DNA from: a virus
Length of the DNA: 64,000 nucleotides
IMG/VR virus record: IMGVR_UViG_3300046779_001735
Coordinates: 92,621 to 156,620 of that record
Strand: one strand, 5' to 3'
Positions 48,993 through 58,513 of this stretch are shown one piece after another. Within the stretch, counting starts at the first letter, position 1; each line of letters begins with the position of its first letter. The notes beneath the pieces were generated by a model. The model worked only from the letters and a program-made list of their open reading frames with translations, made no database searches and was not told where the DNA came from. A program made the position numbers and the translations under genes.

Positions 48993-49012
48993 AGGGCCGT
49001 AAGGCCCTTTTT
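48993..49012 (+). terminator. Rho-independent terminator
   Basis: AGGGCC-GTAA-GGCCCT plus TTTT. Confidence 0.85.
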
Positions 49013-49073
49013 GTTTGGCCAAAAATTGCAAAAAAGCTATAATCATAAGTAGATTATCCTGTGTGGAGGTAAC

Positions 49074-49409
49074 ATGAGTTTGTTTGATTTCCTGTTGTTG
49101 ATGGCCTTGTTGTATGGATTGACTCAACTGTTCAAAAGACATGTTGAGCGTGGACTAGAACGTGAATTGCAAGGTTTAGAAAAAAATATTGAATACCTAC
49201 GTAGAATCTACAAAAAAGTCACAGTAGAACAACACGGCGACATGTTATACATCTGGGAGTACGGCACTGACCAATTTTTGTTTCAAGGTAGTAGTGCGCA
49301 GGACTTTCAAGAGCGTGTGCCTCATGACATGGTATTGAGCGTAGTAGACGGCGATCCCGAAGTTATTAAACAATTCAAATTGATGTTCCCCCGCGAAGAA
49401 TCTATATGA
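49074..49409 (+). CDS. Membrane-anchored hypothetical protein
   Basis: GGAGG RBS; TM helix; TTGGCC-17-TATAAT at 49015. Confidence 0.6.
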   Translation: MSLFDFLLLMALLYGLTQLFKRHVERGLERELQGLEKNIEYLRRIYKKVTVEQHGDMLYIWEYGTDQFLFQGSSAQDFQERVPHDMVLSVVDGDPEVIKQFKLMFPREESI

Positions 49410-50620
49410 TTTATGTGTTACAGCCAGAGTCGGCTGTGAGATTCCAAAAAGCTCTTGACCTGCTTGAACACGATCATGCATGGTGTGATACCTGGAATGA
49501 ACACACTTGTAGGCATGAATTACCTCAACATCATCAAGATTGTCTTACCATGGTTGAGCCTTACTTCTTGACACAAATGGTACAGACCATGGGCCTTGAT
49601 CATGTGCGTGGCTATGCTGACCGTAATTGGTTGCTGATTGGCAACGATATCATGAATAGCAGTTGCTGGCGCTGTATGAGCTCTATCAGTCCCGCCTATG
49701 CACCATTGGAGCCACTGTTTAGTCATCCTAGAATATGGCGCTTCTGCGACGATGCACATATGCAGCCGCAGGAAATAGAAATTCTAAGTTCGTGGTGGTA
49801 CGCTCTAGACATAGGTAGCTTGGTAGCTCCTAGATTACAACATCATGTTGATAGGAAAAATCAATTTTTTGCCATGGTAAATGGTTATAGGCCTTATCGT
49901 CAACAGATTCTTGACCTTGTACACAGCAAAGGACTGTTGGAAACAAATTTTGTGATATATCACGGGCATCAAGGCAGTGCAGACATGACATCGCGATTGC
50001 AACAATTAGAACCCTTTGCTGACCTAGTGGGACGCAGGTTGACTAGAGATCATAATGTACAATATGAGGAAGCCGCTATTAGTCGTTATTATTCTGAGTA
50101 CTCTTGTGAGCTGGTATTGGAATCCTTGGTTCAAGAAAGTCTAGTAACTGAAAAACTTGTAAGGCCAATTCTAGCACAGATGCCATTTGTGTGCTTTGCA
50201 GGCGCAGGGCATTTGGCCTATATTCAAAAGCTAGGATTCAAGACATTCCATGACATGATTGATGAAAGCTATGATCAAGAAAACAGTATCACTAAAAGAA
50301 TTCATAAGATTGTGGATGTCTTGGTTAACCTGTGCAAAATGCCCAATGGCGTTCTTGAGTTTAGATCCGCCAGTAAAGATATCTTGCAACACAACTTTGA
50401 TCATTTGTTTTGGTTGAACGGTAGAAAAGATCTTGACTATGCAATGTCGTTGCAAAAGTTTTTGAATCAGTGTAAAATACCCACAAGTACCACTATACAT
50501 CCAAGCTGGAACATGAACAAGGGTGAATATTATTCAAGTCAGGCAGCTGCAAAACGCGGTCCTTGGTTTGATTATCCCAGCGGCAGAGATCATTATCTCA
50601 CAAACAAGGACAAGGCATGA
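49406..50620 (+). CDS. Glycosyltransferase-like protein (paralogue of 29725-30966)
   Basis: LVLES..LVTEKLVRPI..MPF..GFKTF..IDESYD. Confidence 0.55.
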   Translation: MIYVLQPESAVRFQKALDLLEHDHAWCDTWNEHTCRHELPQHHQDCLTMVEPYFLTQMVQTMGLDHVRGYADRNWLLIGNDIMNSSCWRCMSSISPAYAPLEPLFSHPRIWRFCDDAHMQPQEIEILSSWWYALDIGSLVAPRLQHHVDRKNQFFAMVNGYRPYRQQILDLVHSKGLLETNFVIYHGHQGSADMTSRLQQLEPFADLVGRRLTRDHNVQYEEAAISRYYSEYSCELVLESLVQESLVTEKLVRPILAQMPFVCFAGAGHLAYIQKLGFKTFHDMIDESYDQENSITKRIHKIVDVLVNLCKMPNGVLEFRSASKDILQHNFDHLFWLNGRKDLDYAMSLQKFLNQCKIPTSTTIHPSWNMNKGEYYSSQAAAKRGPWFDYPSGRDHYLTNKDKA

Positions 50621-51447
50621 GGAATCACTATTGGACCTGTAGCAAGTTTGCAGACTGGCTTAGAGGCACTGCTAAACCCACAGCAGAAACCAGCAGCGGC
50701 TGGGCTCGTTGGCATCGAGAAGCAGAATCTCAACATCCTATTCGTTATTGGTTAGCCGACGAGGGGTTGGATTATCTACAAAATATATTTTATTGGCCCA
50801 CAGACAAACTCTATGCTATCAAATACTACATCAACAATCGTTGGGTGAGTCGTACTCATGCTCTCACTGCTCATCCCCGCGACATACCGCGTGGCCAATG
50901 GCGCGACGTTGGCAATCGTTTTTTGCCCTGTTTATTCAATGAACTGGTAGACTTTGTTGAAGTGGAATTGGCCTGGTGGCACCTAGCCTGGGAAGGTCGT
51001 GAACAACGTGAGAAATATGCCATGCCTTGGTGGGCTGTGGGTTGGTGGCGTGTGCGTACCTGGCGCTGTGTACAAGCAGGTCTAGACAATCTTGACTGGC
51101 AAATGTCTCTAACACACGACCACCTAGCAGATGATCATCCAGATCGTAATCAACCCAGCCCACAGGCAGAACGTGCTCAAGAGATTTTGGCCTTATACAA
51201 ATGGTGGACTGAAACTTATCCAAATCGCCCAGATCCCTACGAAGTCAGTGGGTGGAGTGCTTACTGCGATCAAAAGCGTGAAAAAGGCAGTCTTTTCTTT
51301 GATGAGGATGATGACAATCCTGATGTTGAAAAAGTAGATACCAAGCCCATGATAGACAAAATACAGGAACTAGAAGCACAGTATGAACAAGAAGACGAAG
51401 ACATGATGATTCGCCTAATAAAAATACGCCAGTCGTTGTGGACCTAA
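50617..51447 (+). CDS. Hypothetical Trp-rich phage protein
   Basis: Long coupled ORF. Confidence 0.65.
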   Translation: MRNHYWTCSKFADWLRGTAKPTAETSSGWARWHREAESQHPIRYWLADEGLDYLQNIFYWPTDKLYAIKYYINNRWVSRTHALTAHPRDIPRGQWRDVGNRFLPCLFNELVDFVEVELAWWHLAWEGREQREKYAMPWWAVGWWRVRTWRCVQAGLDNLDWQMSLTHDHLADDHPDRNQPSPQAERAQEILALYKWWTETYPNRPDPYEVSGWSAYCDQKREKGSLFFDEDDDNPDVEKVDTKPMIDKIQELEAQYEQEDEDMMIRLIKIRQSLWT

Positions 51448-51448
51448 C

Positions 51449-51706
51449 ATGAACAACACGCCCAACACTTGGTTGAATATTATGCAAAACACTTCTACAG
51501 TTTGTAAAAATGTCACAAACAAACAATATCAGCAGTGGCGCAAGGCTGTGGTGTTTGACTGCTGTCGTGGATTAACTCAAGGCCAAAGTTTTTGTGAGTA
51601 TTTTAACATTCGCGATAACTTGCTACTATATAATGTCATACATGATACGGCTATAGACTCATACATTCGTGACACATATCTGGAAACAAAATTCCTGGCC
51701 CACTGA
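51449..51706 (+). CDS. Hypothetical protein (GQSFC motif)
   Basis: ORF in operon. Confidence 0.5.
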   Translation: MNNTPNTWLNIMQNTSTVCKNVTNKQYQQWRKAVVFDCCRGLTQGQSFCEYFNIRDNLLLYNVIHDTAIDSYIRDTYLETKFLAH

Positions 51707-51947
51707 TGATCCTTGGCACTGGAGATTTGGTGACAACACACAGCCAACCCGTGGATTTAGACACGCGGTTGAAGTTCATTTGCCGTTTGGTAGACTGGAT
51801 ATGGCTTTGGCATGGTGTCGTGAACAAACACAAGATGACTGGCGTTGGCAAATGATTGAAAATGCCACAGATCATATGCCAGGACGATATATCTTTTATT
51901 TTGATCATGACAGTGATCGTTTGGGGTTTGTATTAAAATGGAGTTAA
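51669..51947 (+). CDS. Small protein of the ...F-x-L-K/R-W-S family
   Basis: AWC...YIFYF..D...FVLKWS. Confidence 0.6.
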   Translation: MTHIWKQNSWPTDDPWHWRFGDNTQPTRGFRHAVEVHLPFGRLDMALAWCREQTQDDWRWQMIENATDHMPGRYIFYFDHDSDRLGFVLKWS

Positions 51948-51954
51948 TAGTATA

Positions 51955-52215
51955 ATGCAATGGCAACGCACAGGTGAACGCACACATGAATTAACTTTTA
52001 CCAATCAGGTACGTATGCTGTTGGTAGATAGCAAGCCCTGTGCTGCTATAGTAAATCGAGTGAACGCAGGCCCAGTGGTTATACGTAGTCAACGAAGCCA
52101 TCCTGAAGACATAGAAACAATCATCAGCGCATGGGTCAATCATCAACCTGTTACATCTGCTATAGTAGCACAATCAGTGCTGGACCGATTACTAGATCAA
52201 GAAGGTAAATTATGA
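51955..52215 (+). CDS. Hypothetical protein
   Basis: GGAG upstream; overlaps the next start. Confidence 0.5.
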   Translation: MQWQRTGERTHELTFTNQVRMLLVDSKPCAAIVNRVNAGPVVIRSQRSHPEDIETIISAWVNHQPVTSAIVAQSVLDRLLDQEGKL

Positions 52216-52955
52216 ATTGGCATAGAATGCTAGACCGTGTGCAACAATGGTGGCGTTATCCTCAACCCAATTGGTTTCAACGTAGACTCACAGGTCAATA
52301 TACTGATGTAATTGACACTGAATTCACAGCCCTGCGGCAAGCGTCTGAAGAGTCTGCTAGGTATGTGCAGCTTCACATGCGCACAGTTCCTAACTTTAGC
52401 TGCGACTATGACTTGCACGACTGGGTAGTTAACACTCAACTTGATGTCAACTTGGTGTCCCGTGGCATTGTATTGGAATTTGGTGTGGCCACAGGACGCA
52501 CACTGAACCAATTTGCTAGGCTGCTGCCCTCGAAGTTTATTCATGGGTTTGATAGCTTTGAAGGCTTGCCCGAAGACTGGACCAGTCGTATGCCTCGAGG
52601 TTTTTTCAAGAGAGACAATCTTCCTAGAGTACGAGACAACAGTTATTTGTACGTGGGTTGGTTTAATGAAACCTTGCCACAGTGGAAGGCACTCTATGCC
52701 AATACGCCGCTGTTGTTGCTGCACATAGACTGTGATTTATACTCCAGCACCAAAACAGTATTAACTGAACTGCGCGAAAACATTGTTCTGGGCACTGTGA
52801 TCATATTTGACGAATATCTTAACTATCCCGGATGGCAACAAGATGAATTTGCTGCCTGGAAAGAATTCTGTAGAAACTATAATGTGAAGTATGAATACAT
52901 TGGTCGCGTGAGCAGACACCAACAGGTTGCTGTTCGAGTAATCAGTGTTGGCTAA
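52212..52955 (+). CDS. TylF/MycF-family O-methyltransferase
   Basis: LEFGVATG, GFDSFEGLPE, GWFNETL, HIDCDLYSST, FDEY. Confidence 0.88.
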   Translation: MNWHRMLDRVQQWWRYPQPNWFQRRLTGQYTDVIDTEFTALRQASEESARYVQLHMRTVPNFSCDYDLHDWVVNTQLDVNLVSRGIVLEFGVATGRTLNQFARLLPSKFIHGFDSFEGLPEDWTSRMPRGFFKRDNLPRVRDNSYLYVGWFNETLPQWKALYANTPLLLLHIDCDLYSSTKTVLTELRENIVLGTVIIFDEYLNYPGWQQDEFAAWKEFCRNYNVKYEYIGRVSRHQQVAVRVISVG

Positions 52956-53084
52956 ATCGGACAAATCTTGGTTGTAAAATAATAGTTTCTGTTGTATACT
53001 AGTTTCTGTAATACTAAAGCTAACCAAAAAAACAATCTAGGCATAGGGCCAACGATTGTACTGGTTACTAACAAGGAGAAGCAA

Positions 53085-54281
53085 ATGGCAAGTGCCACAC
53101 CTACCTACGCAAATCAGCGTAACTCGCGTTTTCATAACACTCAATCTCATCTAGTTGATCTTAAACAGCGTCTGCAGGACACAATCTCGGCTCTGCCACC
53201 GCAGGCACAGCGCAATTGGCATGCTGGATTGGCCAAGGCTCTCAGAGACTTCAAGAAGAGTCATCCTAAGTTAAAGAATTTCTTTGATCGCACTCAGTTT
53301 AAATTGTGTGCTGCTCAAGAGATTGATGCAGGTGATATCATGATTGATACCACTATGCAACGTGAACCCAATCTCAAATGGATTCTGCACATCATTGGCA
53401 ACTTTCGTGCATTCAAGGCACAGCCCATACAGGTGTTCCGCACTCCCAATGGCAAGTGGGGAGCCTGGGATAGTCAGCACACTGCATTGGCCTTGATGCT
53501 GATTGTGGAAAACTTTTTTGGATTAGACATCAATGATGTAAAGTTTCCTGCCAACATTTATGACATCACCAGTCGCGCGGATCTAAGACAGTTGTTCATC
53601 AGTCTTAACACCACTGTGGGTAAAAATGCAGGCAAAAAGCCTTTGGACATCATTGATATCTTTGCACAGATGGTGTATGGTGTTGAGGTAGATGGCGCTA
53701 TTGATCCTGAATGGGTAGCTGCATGGGAGAAACAACAGTACATCGCCAAGGCTGGTATGTTTGTCACAGCTGAAAAGTTCAACGACACTGACCAAGTTGG
53801 TGCCATTAGTCGCCTTAACGAGCTTGACGCAGCGTCAGTTGATGTGGTCAGACAGTTTTGTATCTACGGTGCCTTTGTTGTGGCCAGCCAGCAACGGCCA
53901 ATCAACTCTAAGGAAATTCCTATTATCATAGAATTCCTCAACATGTGTGAACAGGAAAATATCACTTACAGTGATGCAGAAATTCAAGAAATGGCTGGCA
54001 TCTGCATTGACTTGTTTGATGCAAACTTTGATGCCAAGGGTCCTTATTGGGAACAGGTACATCGTGCAAACGTCAATGCATACAATTCTGCACACACTGC
54101 CACACAGTTACCAAAACACCTTTGGCCGGCTGCTCCTGCGAATCTAAAGAACACTCCGATTGGTACATCATTTTTCTGGCATCAAATGCGTCAGAGCTGG
54201 GCAGTAAACAAGCCTCGAAGTTTTAGGTATCCCAAGAACAGTTTCAACGTTTTTGTTCCTGCTGCCACTGATCTGTTCTAA
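53085..54281 (+). CDS. ParB/Srx-like N-terminal domain protein
   Basis: IDTTMQRE...PIQVF...WDSQHT (DGQH-like); TTGTAA-17-TATACT promoter; AAGGAG RBS. Confidence 0.55.
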   Translation: MASATPTYANQRNSRFHNTQSHLVDLKQRLQDTISALPPQAQRNWHAGLAKALRDFKKSHPKLKNFFDRTQFKLCAAQEIDAGDIMIDTTMQREPNLKWILHIIGNFRAFKAQPIQVFRTPNGKWGAWDSQHTALALMLIVENFFGLDINDVKFPANIYDITSRADLRQLFISLNTTVGKNAGKKPLDIIDIFAQMVYGVEVDGAIDPEWVAAWEKQQYIAKAGMFVTAEKFNDTDQVGAISRLNELDAASVDVVRQFCIYGAFVVASQQRPINSKEIPIIIEFLNMCEQENITYSDAEIQEMAGICIDLFDANFDAKGPYWEQVHRANVNAYNSAHTATQLPKHLWPAAPANLKNTPIGTSFFWHQMRQSWAVNKPRSFRYPKNSFNVFVPAATDLF

Positions 54282-54291
54282 GGAGTATGTA

Positions 54292-54729
54292 ATGAGTCAT
54301 TTTTTTTACCTACACAAAGACTTAACTGGTGAACCAGACGCTTGGAAACTTGGCATTGCATTGACACCATATTCGGCAGTTAGAGCAAGACAAAAATTTT
54401 GTTGGAATAAGTTCAAACTTGACCATGTGTATTTTGGAGAATCCTATCATATAGGGGTATTAGAAAGTCTGCTCAAACGTCGTTTGTGGAGATACTGTGC
54501 CAAGTATGTAAAGTATGGCAGTGCTCAAACTGAAATGTTCAAACTTCCCATAGAAGACCTTATGAAAGAAATTGAACTAGTTATTGCTGAGCGGAAGCTT
54601 CATATTCACAAGTTAGATTTGCCCAATGGATATTCTGCAGCCAAGATGTCAGAATGTCCATTGAATCTGCCAAGTGAAGCAGAAGCCAGCAATTATTGCC
54701 GCTGGCTTTGTGAACAGCGTTGGAAATAA
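54292..54729 (+). CDS. GIY-YIG (T5orf172-like) protein
   Basis: FFYL...WKLGI..P...R..Q...LESLLK...TEMF. Confidence 0.5.
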   Translation: MSHFFYLHKDLTGEPDAWKLGIALTPYSAVRARQKFCWNKFKLDHVYFGESYHIGVLESLLKRRLWRYCAKYVKYGSAQTEMFKLPIEDLMKEIELVIAERKLHIHKLDLPNGYSAAKMSECPLNLPSEAEASNYCRWLCEQRWK

Positions 54730-54731
54730 AC

Positions 54732-55286
54732 ATGAAATCGCTACAAGAACGTCTAAATGGTTTCAAACAAGTGAAATACACCAGAGTCAAACGCGATGGG
54801 GCCAGTTATGCTCAAACCGAAGCATTTGCTCAACGAGTGCTGCGAATCTGTTTGTGGACTTATTGCAGGTTGGAATCAGCCAATCAAACTGCGAGACTGG
54901 TGCGTGATATGATTGATATTGTTTTACGTCGGTATCATGGATACTGCATCAAAGAAAACATCGGTGCACACTATCGAGAGGTAGGACTTAAACCTGACAC
55001 AAAAACCGACTTTGAACATGTGTTGCCTGCTGCTGTGGCTAGGGATCTGCTGCTTAATGATCGTATCACTATACAAGAAGCATTGAACATTCCAACTTGC
55101 GTTGTGAGTAGAAAAAATCATAGTAAACTTAACAGCCGTAGTCTAGCCAGCACCACGCCTGATATCTACTGGTTTTGGCAACGGTATCAGAGTCTAGGCA
55201 TACAGATTGAAACACATGACGGCCTAGCTGTAAACACAACAACGTGGAATTTAGACAGCCATTACAAGCATTTTGGAATTCACTAA
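54732..55286 (+). CDS. HNH/His-Me-like protein
   Basis: DFEHVLPA...TCVVSRKNHSKLN...RY. Confidence 0.45.
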   Translation: MKSLQERLNGFKQVKYTRVKRDGASYAQTEAFAQRVLRICLWTYCRLESANQTARLVRDMIDIVLRRYHGYCIKENIGAHYREVGLKPDTKTDFEHVLPAAVARDLLLNDRITIQEALNIPTCVVSRKNHSKLNSRSLASTTPDIYWFWQRYQSLGIQIETHDGLAVNTTTWNLDSHYKHFGIH

Positions 55287-55308
55287 CGCAATTTAATACT
55301 TATATTGA

Positions 55309-55377
55309 TTCCATTGAAAAATACAATGGAAAAATGCCAAAAAATAGCTTGTATTAATGATATATAATCTGTATACT
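55309..55377 (+). promoter_or_regulatory. LysR-type (OxyR-like) box upstream of a sigma70 promoter
   Basis: TTCCATTG-N7-CAATGGAA palindrome (55309-55331), ATAG-N7-TAAT (55344-55358), TTGTAT-17-TATACT. Confidence 0.5.
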
Positions 55378-55412
55378 TTGTAGTGCAACAATTTTTTTTT
55401 AGGAGAAACCCA

Positions 55413-55850
55413 ATGAAAGTAAAAGGAACCAAAACCGAACTCTGCTTGAAAGAAGCATTTGCTGGTGAATCAAAAGCCAATCGTCGCTATCTGTATTTCG
55501 CAAACATGGCAGATATTGCTGGTGCAACTGACGTGGCAAACATTTTCCGCCACACTGCTGAAGGCGAAACTGGACACGCACATGGTCACATGGAGTATCT
55601 AGTGAACGGTGGTGCAGGTGATCCTGAAACTGGCTTGCCAGCAACCAACATTATAGAAGCACTGGAAAGTGCTATCTCAGGTGAAACACACGAGTACACA
55701 GACATGTACCCAGGCATGGCTAAAACAGCACGTGACGAAGGTTTTGACGAGATCGCTGACTGGTTTGAAACCTTGGCCAAGGCCGAACGCAGCCATGCAG
55801 GCAAGTTTAAGAAAACACTTGATGCATACCGAGCAGAACAAAACATTTGA
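55413..55850 (+). CDS. Rubrerythrin (short, without rubredoxin domain)
   Basis: [41 protein letters not shown]. Confidence 0.93.
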   Translation: MKVKGTKTELCLKEAFAGESKANRRYLYFANMADIAGATDVANIFRHTAEGETGHAHGHMEYLVNGGAGDPETGLPATNIIEALESAISGETHEYTDMYPGMAKTARDEGFDEIADWFETLAKAERSHAGKFKKTLDAYRAEQNI

Positions 55851-56091
55851 TTTGCAGTATGACACCACTGTAACCGATGGTGTCATAACTTTAACCAACC
55901 CCAACACCACGTTGGGGTTTGTTCGCTTCAAACCAACTGGCGCTATAGAATATATTTTTGTCCAACCCAGGTATCGTAAACTAGGTTTGGCAAAGAAATT
56001 ACTAGGAAAAGTTAGAGAGATAACCGGAAACAATCCTGTGCCCGAACCTCCTATCAGCCCGTTAGGACACTGTTTATTCAAAGATATCTAA
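55822..56091 (+). CDS. GNAT-family acetyltransferase-like protein
   Basis: [17 protein letters not shown] motif A; start uncertain. Confidence 0.65.
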   Translation: MHTEQNKTFDLQYDTTVTDGVITLTNPNTTLGFVRFKPTGAIEYIFVQPRYRKLGLAKKLLGKVREITGNNPVPEPPISPLGHCLFKDI

Positions 56092-56373
56092 ATGAAATAT
56101 TTTTTATCAGTAATTTTATTTGCCAGCAATGCTTGGGGCTCAGAGGGCGAAGCACTTGCCAAACAACGGGCCTGTCTAGGATGCCATAGTATTCAGCACA
56201 TTGGTATCAGTTATCCACCTGCTCTTGAACGGGTGGCAGAAAAACACAAGGATAATCCAGATCATGTCCAAAATGTGATCCGAAATGGCAAAGGCAAGAT
56301 GCCTGCTCATCCCACGCTTACAGACGCAGAGATCTTGATATTGACCAACTGGATTCTAAATCTGGTAAAGTAA
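56092..56373 (+). CDS. Class I c-type cytochrome
   Basis: Signal peptide, CLGCH haem motif, distal KMPAH. Confidence 0.88.
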   Translation: MKYFLSVILFASNAWGSEGEALAKQRACLGCHSIQHIGISYPPALERVAEKHKDNPDHVQNVIRNGKGKMPAHPTLTDAEILILTNWILNLVK

Positions 56374-56397
56374 AGCTCCTTAGGGGGCTTTTTATTT
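56372..56397 (+). terminator. Rho-independent terminator
   Basis: AAAGCTCC-TTAG-GGGGCTTT plus T tract. Confidence 0.8.
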
Positions 56398-56468
56398 GAC
56401 ACCACAACAGTTGACAGAAAATTCTTGAAGTCTTACAATATAGAGTCGTGATTAATCAAGGAGTATCA

Positions 56469-57164
56469 ATGCTGAAATATGAAAGTATCTATGCAGTCAA
56501 CCATGCCATCCTGCGATTGCAAGACAACAAGAGAGATAGATATGGATGGAGTCGTGAGAAGACCCGAGACTCGGACCAACTAACAGTGTTTACTCTTGAG
56601 CCACAGGCTGAAAAAGAAAGCCTGAGTAATCTTGCAACGATGCTGGATCTAGGACGCAGATTTAATCAGAGCTATTTGGTGTTTACCGATCGTAAGATAC
56701 AGTTGCTGGGTACTGCTGATACTGATATTGATGGTGTTAAGGCGCAACTTGATCCAGAAGACTGGCGTAGACAGTATGAACAATGGGGACAAGACACTGG
56801 ATTGAGTCGTGTGCGATCAAAATTTGAACGTAGCAGTCAAGGTGTCATGGCTCAGCTGGCCACTTGGAAACGCTGTTTGGCGTTGGCCAAACACCAAGGT
56901 GTTTACAGTATAGAGTCAGGTAAAAAATTAACCAATCGTCGAGAAATAATTACTGAGTTTTGGGATTATGGTTTTGCTGCCATGCGTGGGCGTCCGTTGT
57001 CTGTGGCCCCGATATCGCAAGTTGGTGAACGTAGCGAACTAGAAGAAATCACCAATCGCGCTGAAACTTATCTCTACAGACGAGGATACAGTGAAGCTGC
57101 CCGTAAAATGGTAACCAATTTTACAAGTCTAAACAGAATCGCTGCCTGGCCAGGTGCTTGGTAA
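56469..57164 (+). CDS. Hypothetical early protein
   Basis: TTGACA-17-TACAAT at 56411; AAGGAG RBS. Confidence 0.65.
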   Translation: MLKYESIYAVNHAILRLQDNKRDRYGWSREKTRDSDQLTVFTLEPQAEKESLSNLATMLDLGRRFNQSYLVFTDRKIQLLGTADTDIDGVKAQLDPEDWRRQYEQWGQDTGLSRVRSKFERSSQGVMAQLATWKRCLALAKHQGVYSIESGKKLTNRREIITEFWDYGFAAMRGRPLSVAPISQVGERSELEEITNRAETYLYRRGYSEAARKMVTNFTSLNRIAAWPGAW

Positions 57165-57222
57165 CGTTTGGCCAAAAAATACTGCTATTGTATAATGTGT
57201 GGTTACTTAAACAGGAGGATAT

Positions 57223-57564
57223 ATGTTTGCACGCAATTATATCGCAAAGTACAATGTAAGCAGTAACAAAAAAGCAATTGTGCAATATTACAAAATACCC
57301 GCCACAACAAAATGGGTAGAATACATGCTAGATAGGCATGAGATTAACAAAATACTAATGGATAGCGAATTTGCAACAAAAATGGACTTGTTAGAAACAC
57401 TACAAATTTTAGAACGCAAAATAGACTACATGTACAAGCATCCTAATTTTAATTTTAAAAAAGCAACAGATTTGTTTCATATTTTGAAAAATGCAACAAA
57501 AGTTAAAGAAGTTGCAATTATAAGCAAAAACACAACCAGCAAAAAAAGCAAGAATAAAAAATAA
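57223..57564 (+). CDS. Hypothetical basic early protein
   Basis: TTGGCC-17-TATAAT at 57168; AGGAGG RBS. Confidence 0.7.
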   Translation: MFARNYIAKYNVSSNKKAIVQYYKIPATTKWVEYMLDRHEINKILMDSEFATKMDLLETLQILERKIDYMYKHPNFNFKKATDLFHILKNATKVKEVAIISKNTTSKKSKNKK

Positions 57565-57628
57565 AGATTTGACCAGAATTCTCCAATTTGCTATAATGTT
57601 TGTACATTAACTAACAAGGAGCAAACTT

Positions 57629-57898
57629 ATGTTAGCAAACACTAAACAAATTCGCGCTGTTATTAATCAAGCAATCGCACAAAATCAGGGTCGTGTAATT
57701 AGCACATATACCGATGCTCCTATATTATCAAAACCAAAACTTACAACCAAACGCTATGTATCCTATTACATGCTTAACACTCGTGCAATCAGCCTTGCAA
57801 TTTTAACAACAGCACAAAATATTGCTAAAAATCTGGGTTACACAAACACAATTACTTGTGTAAATCGCAACATTCGTGCAGTAGCAGTTCTTGCATAA
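57629..57898 (+). CDS. Hypothetical basic early protein (1 Asp, 0 Glu)
   Basis: TTGACC-17-TATAAT at 57569; AAGGAG RBS. Confidence 0.7.
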   Translation: MLANTKQIRAVINQAIAQNQGRVISTYTDAPILSKPKLTTKRYVSYYMLNTRAISLAILTTAQNIAKNLGYTNTITCVNRNIRAVAVLA

Positions 57899-57903
57899 AA
57901 CGG

Positions 57904-57962
57904 TTGGCCTATAATCCCCGTTTTGCTATAATATGTGTATAGTAGCTAACAAGGAGTGCAAA
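57904..57962 (+). repeat. Early promoter-RBS cassette
   Basis: TTGGCC-17-TATAATATGTGTATAGTA..TAACAAGGAG. Confidence 0.85.
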
Positions 57963-58139
57963 ATGTCAGAACGTATAATAAAAGCGATACCAGACGTAGG
58001 ATACGTTGCTGTTGACAGCGAAGCAAGCCCCGGTGTAGGACGTTTTGCTGTTGTACATTTTGCAACAGATTACGATGCTTGCGGCTTTGATACGTTTGAA
58101 GAAGCCTGGGCTGAACTTGAACTTTTGGTTGGCCAATAA
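57963..58139 (+). CDS. Hypothetical early protein
   Basis: Stop codon lies inside the next cassette. Confidence 0.6.
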   Translation: MSERIIKAIPDVGYVAVDSEASPGVGRFAVVHFATDYDACGFDTFEEAWAELELLVGQ

Positions 58140-58187
58140 TCCCCAATTTGCTATAATATGTGTATAGTAACTAACAAGGAGCACACA
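58129..58187 (+). repeat. Early promoter-RBS cassette
   Basis: Near-identical to 47728 and 57904. Confidence 0.85.
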
Positions 58188-58427
58188 ATGAGTAAAAAAG
58201 CAATTTCCGGTGAAGTACAGATGTTTGGCATGTCCGAAGACGCAATTCGCGAACAGTACATGAATTCAATCTCGGCTAAGTTAGTTGGCCTTGAGATGGT
58301 GGTTGCAGGTATTCTTAGTGATTGTCAGGAATTGACAGAGCGTGGGCAGTTAGAGCAAGTTCGTAAGCAGTTGAACGTGGCAAAGTTCATCTTGTTTGAG
58401 ATGATGGATCAGAAGGAGGCAGCATAA
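58188..58427 (+). CDS. Hypothetical early protein
   Basis: First gene of a TAATG-coupled chain. Confidence 0.65.
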   Translation: MSKKAISGEVQMFGMSEDAIREQYMNSISAKLVGLEMVVAGILSDCQELTERGQLEQVRKQLNVAKFILFEMMDQKEAA

Positions 58428-58513
58428 TGTCCATGCTAAGTGCCTTTGCTTTTATCGCTGTCTTGCTCACAATGCGGGCTTATTTCAAAGGTTGGAACTG
58501 GGAGGCAGTATAA
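58427..58513 (+). CDS. 28-aa hydrophobic peptide (not in ORF track)
   Basis: TAATG-coupled at both ends with AAGGAGG RBS; MSMLSAFAFIAVLLTMRAYFKGWNWEAV. Confidence 0.55.
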   Translation: MSMLSAFAFIAVLLTMRAYFKGWNWEAV

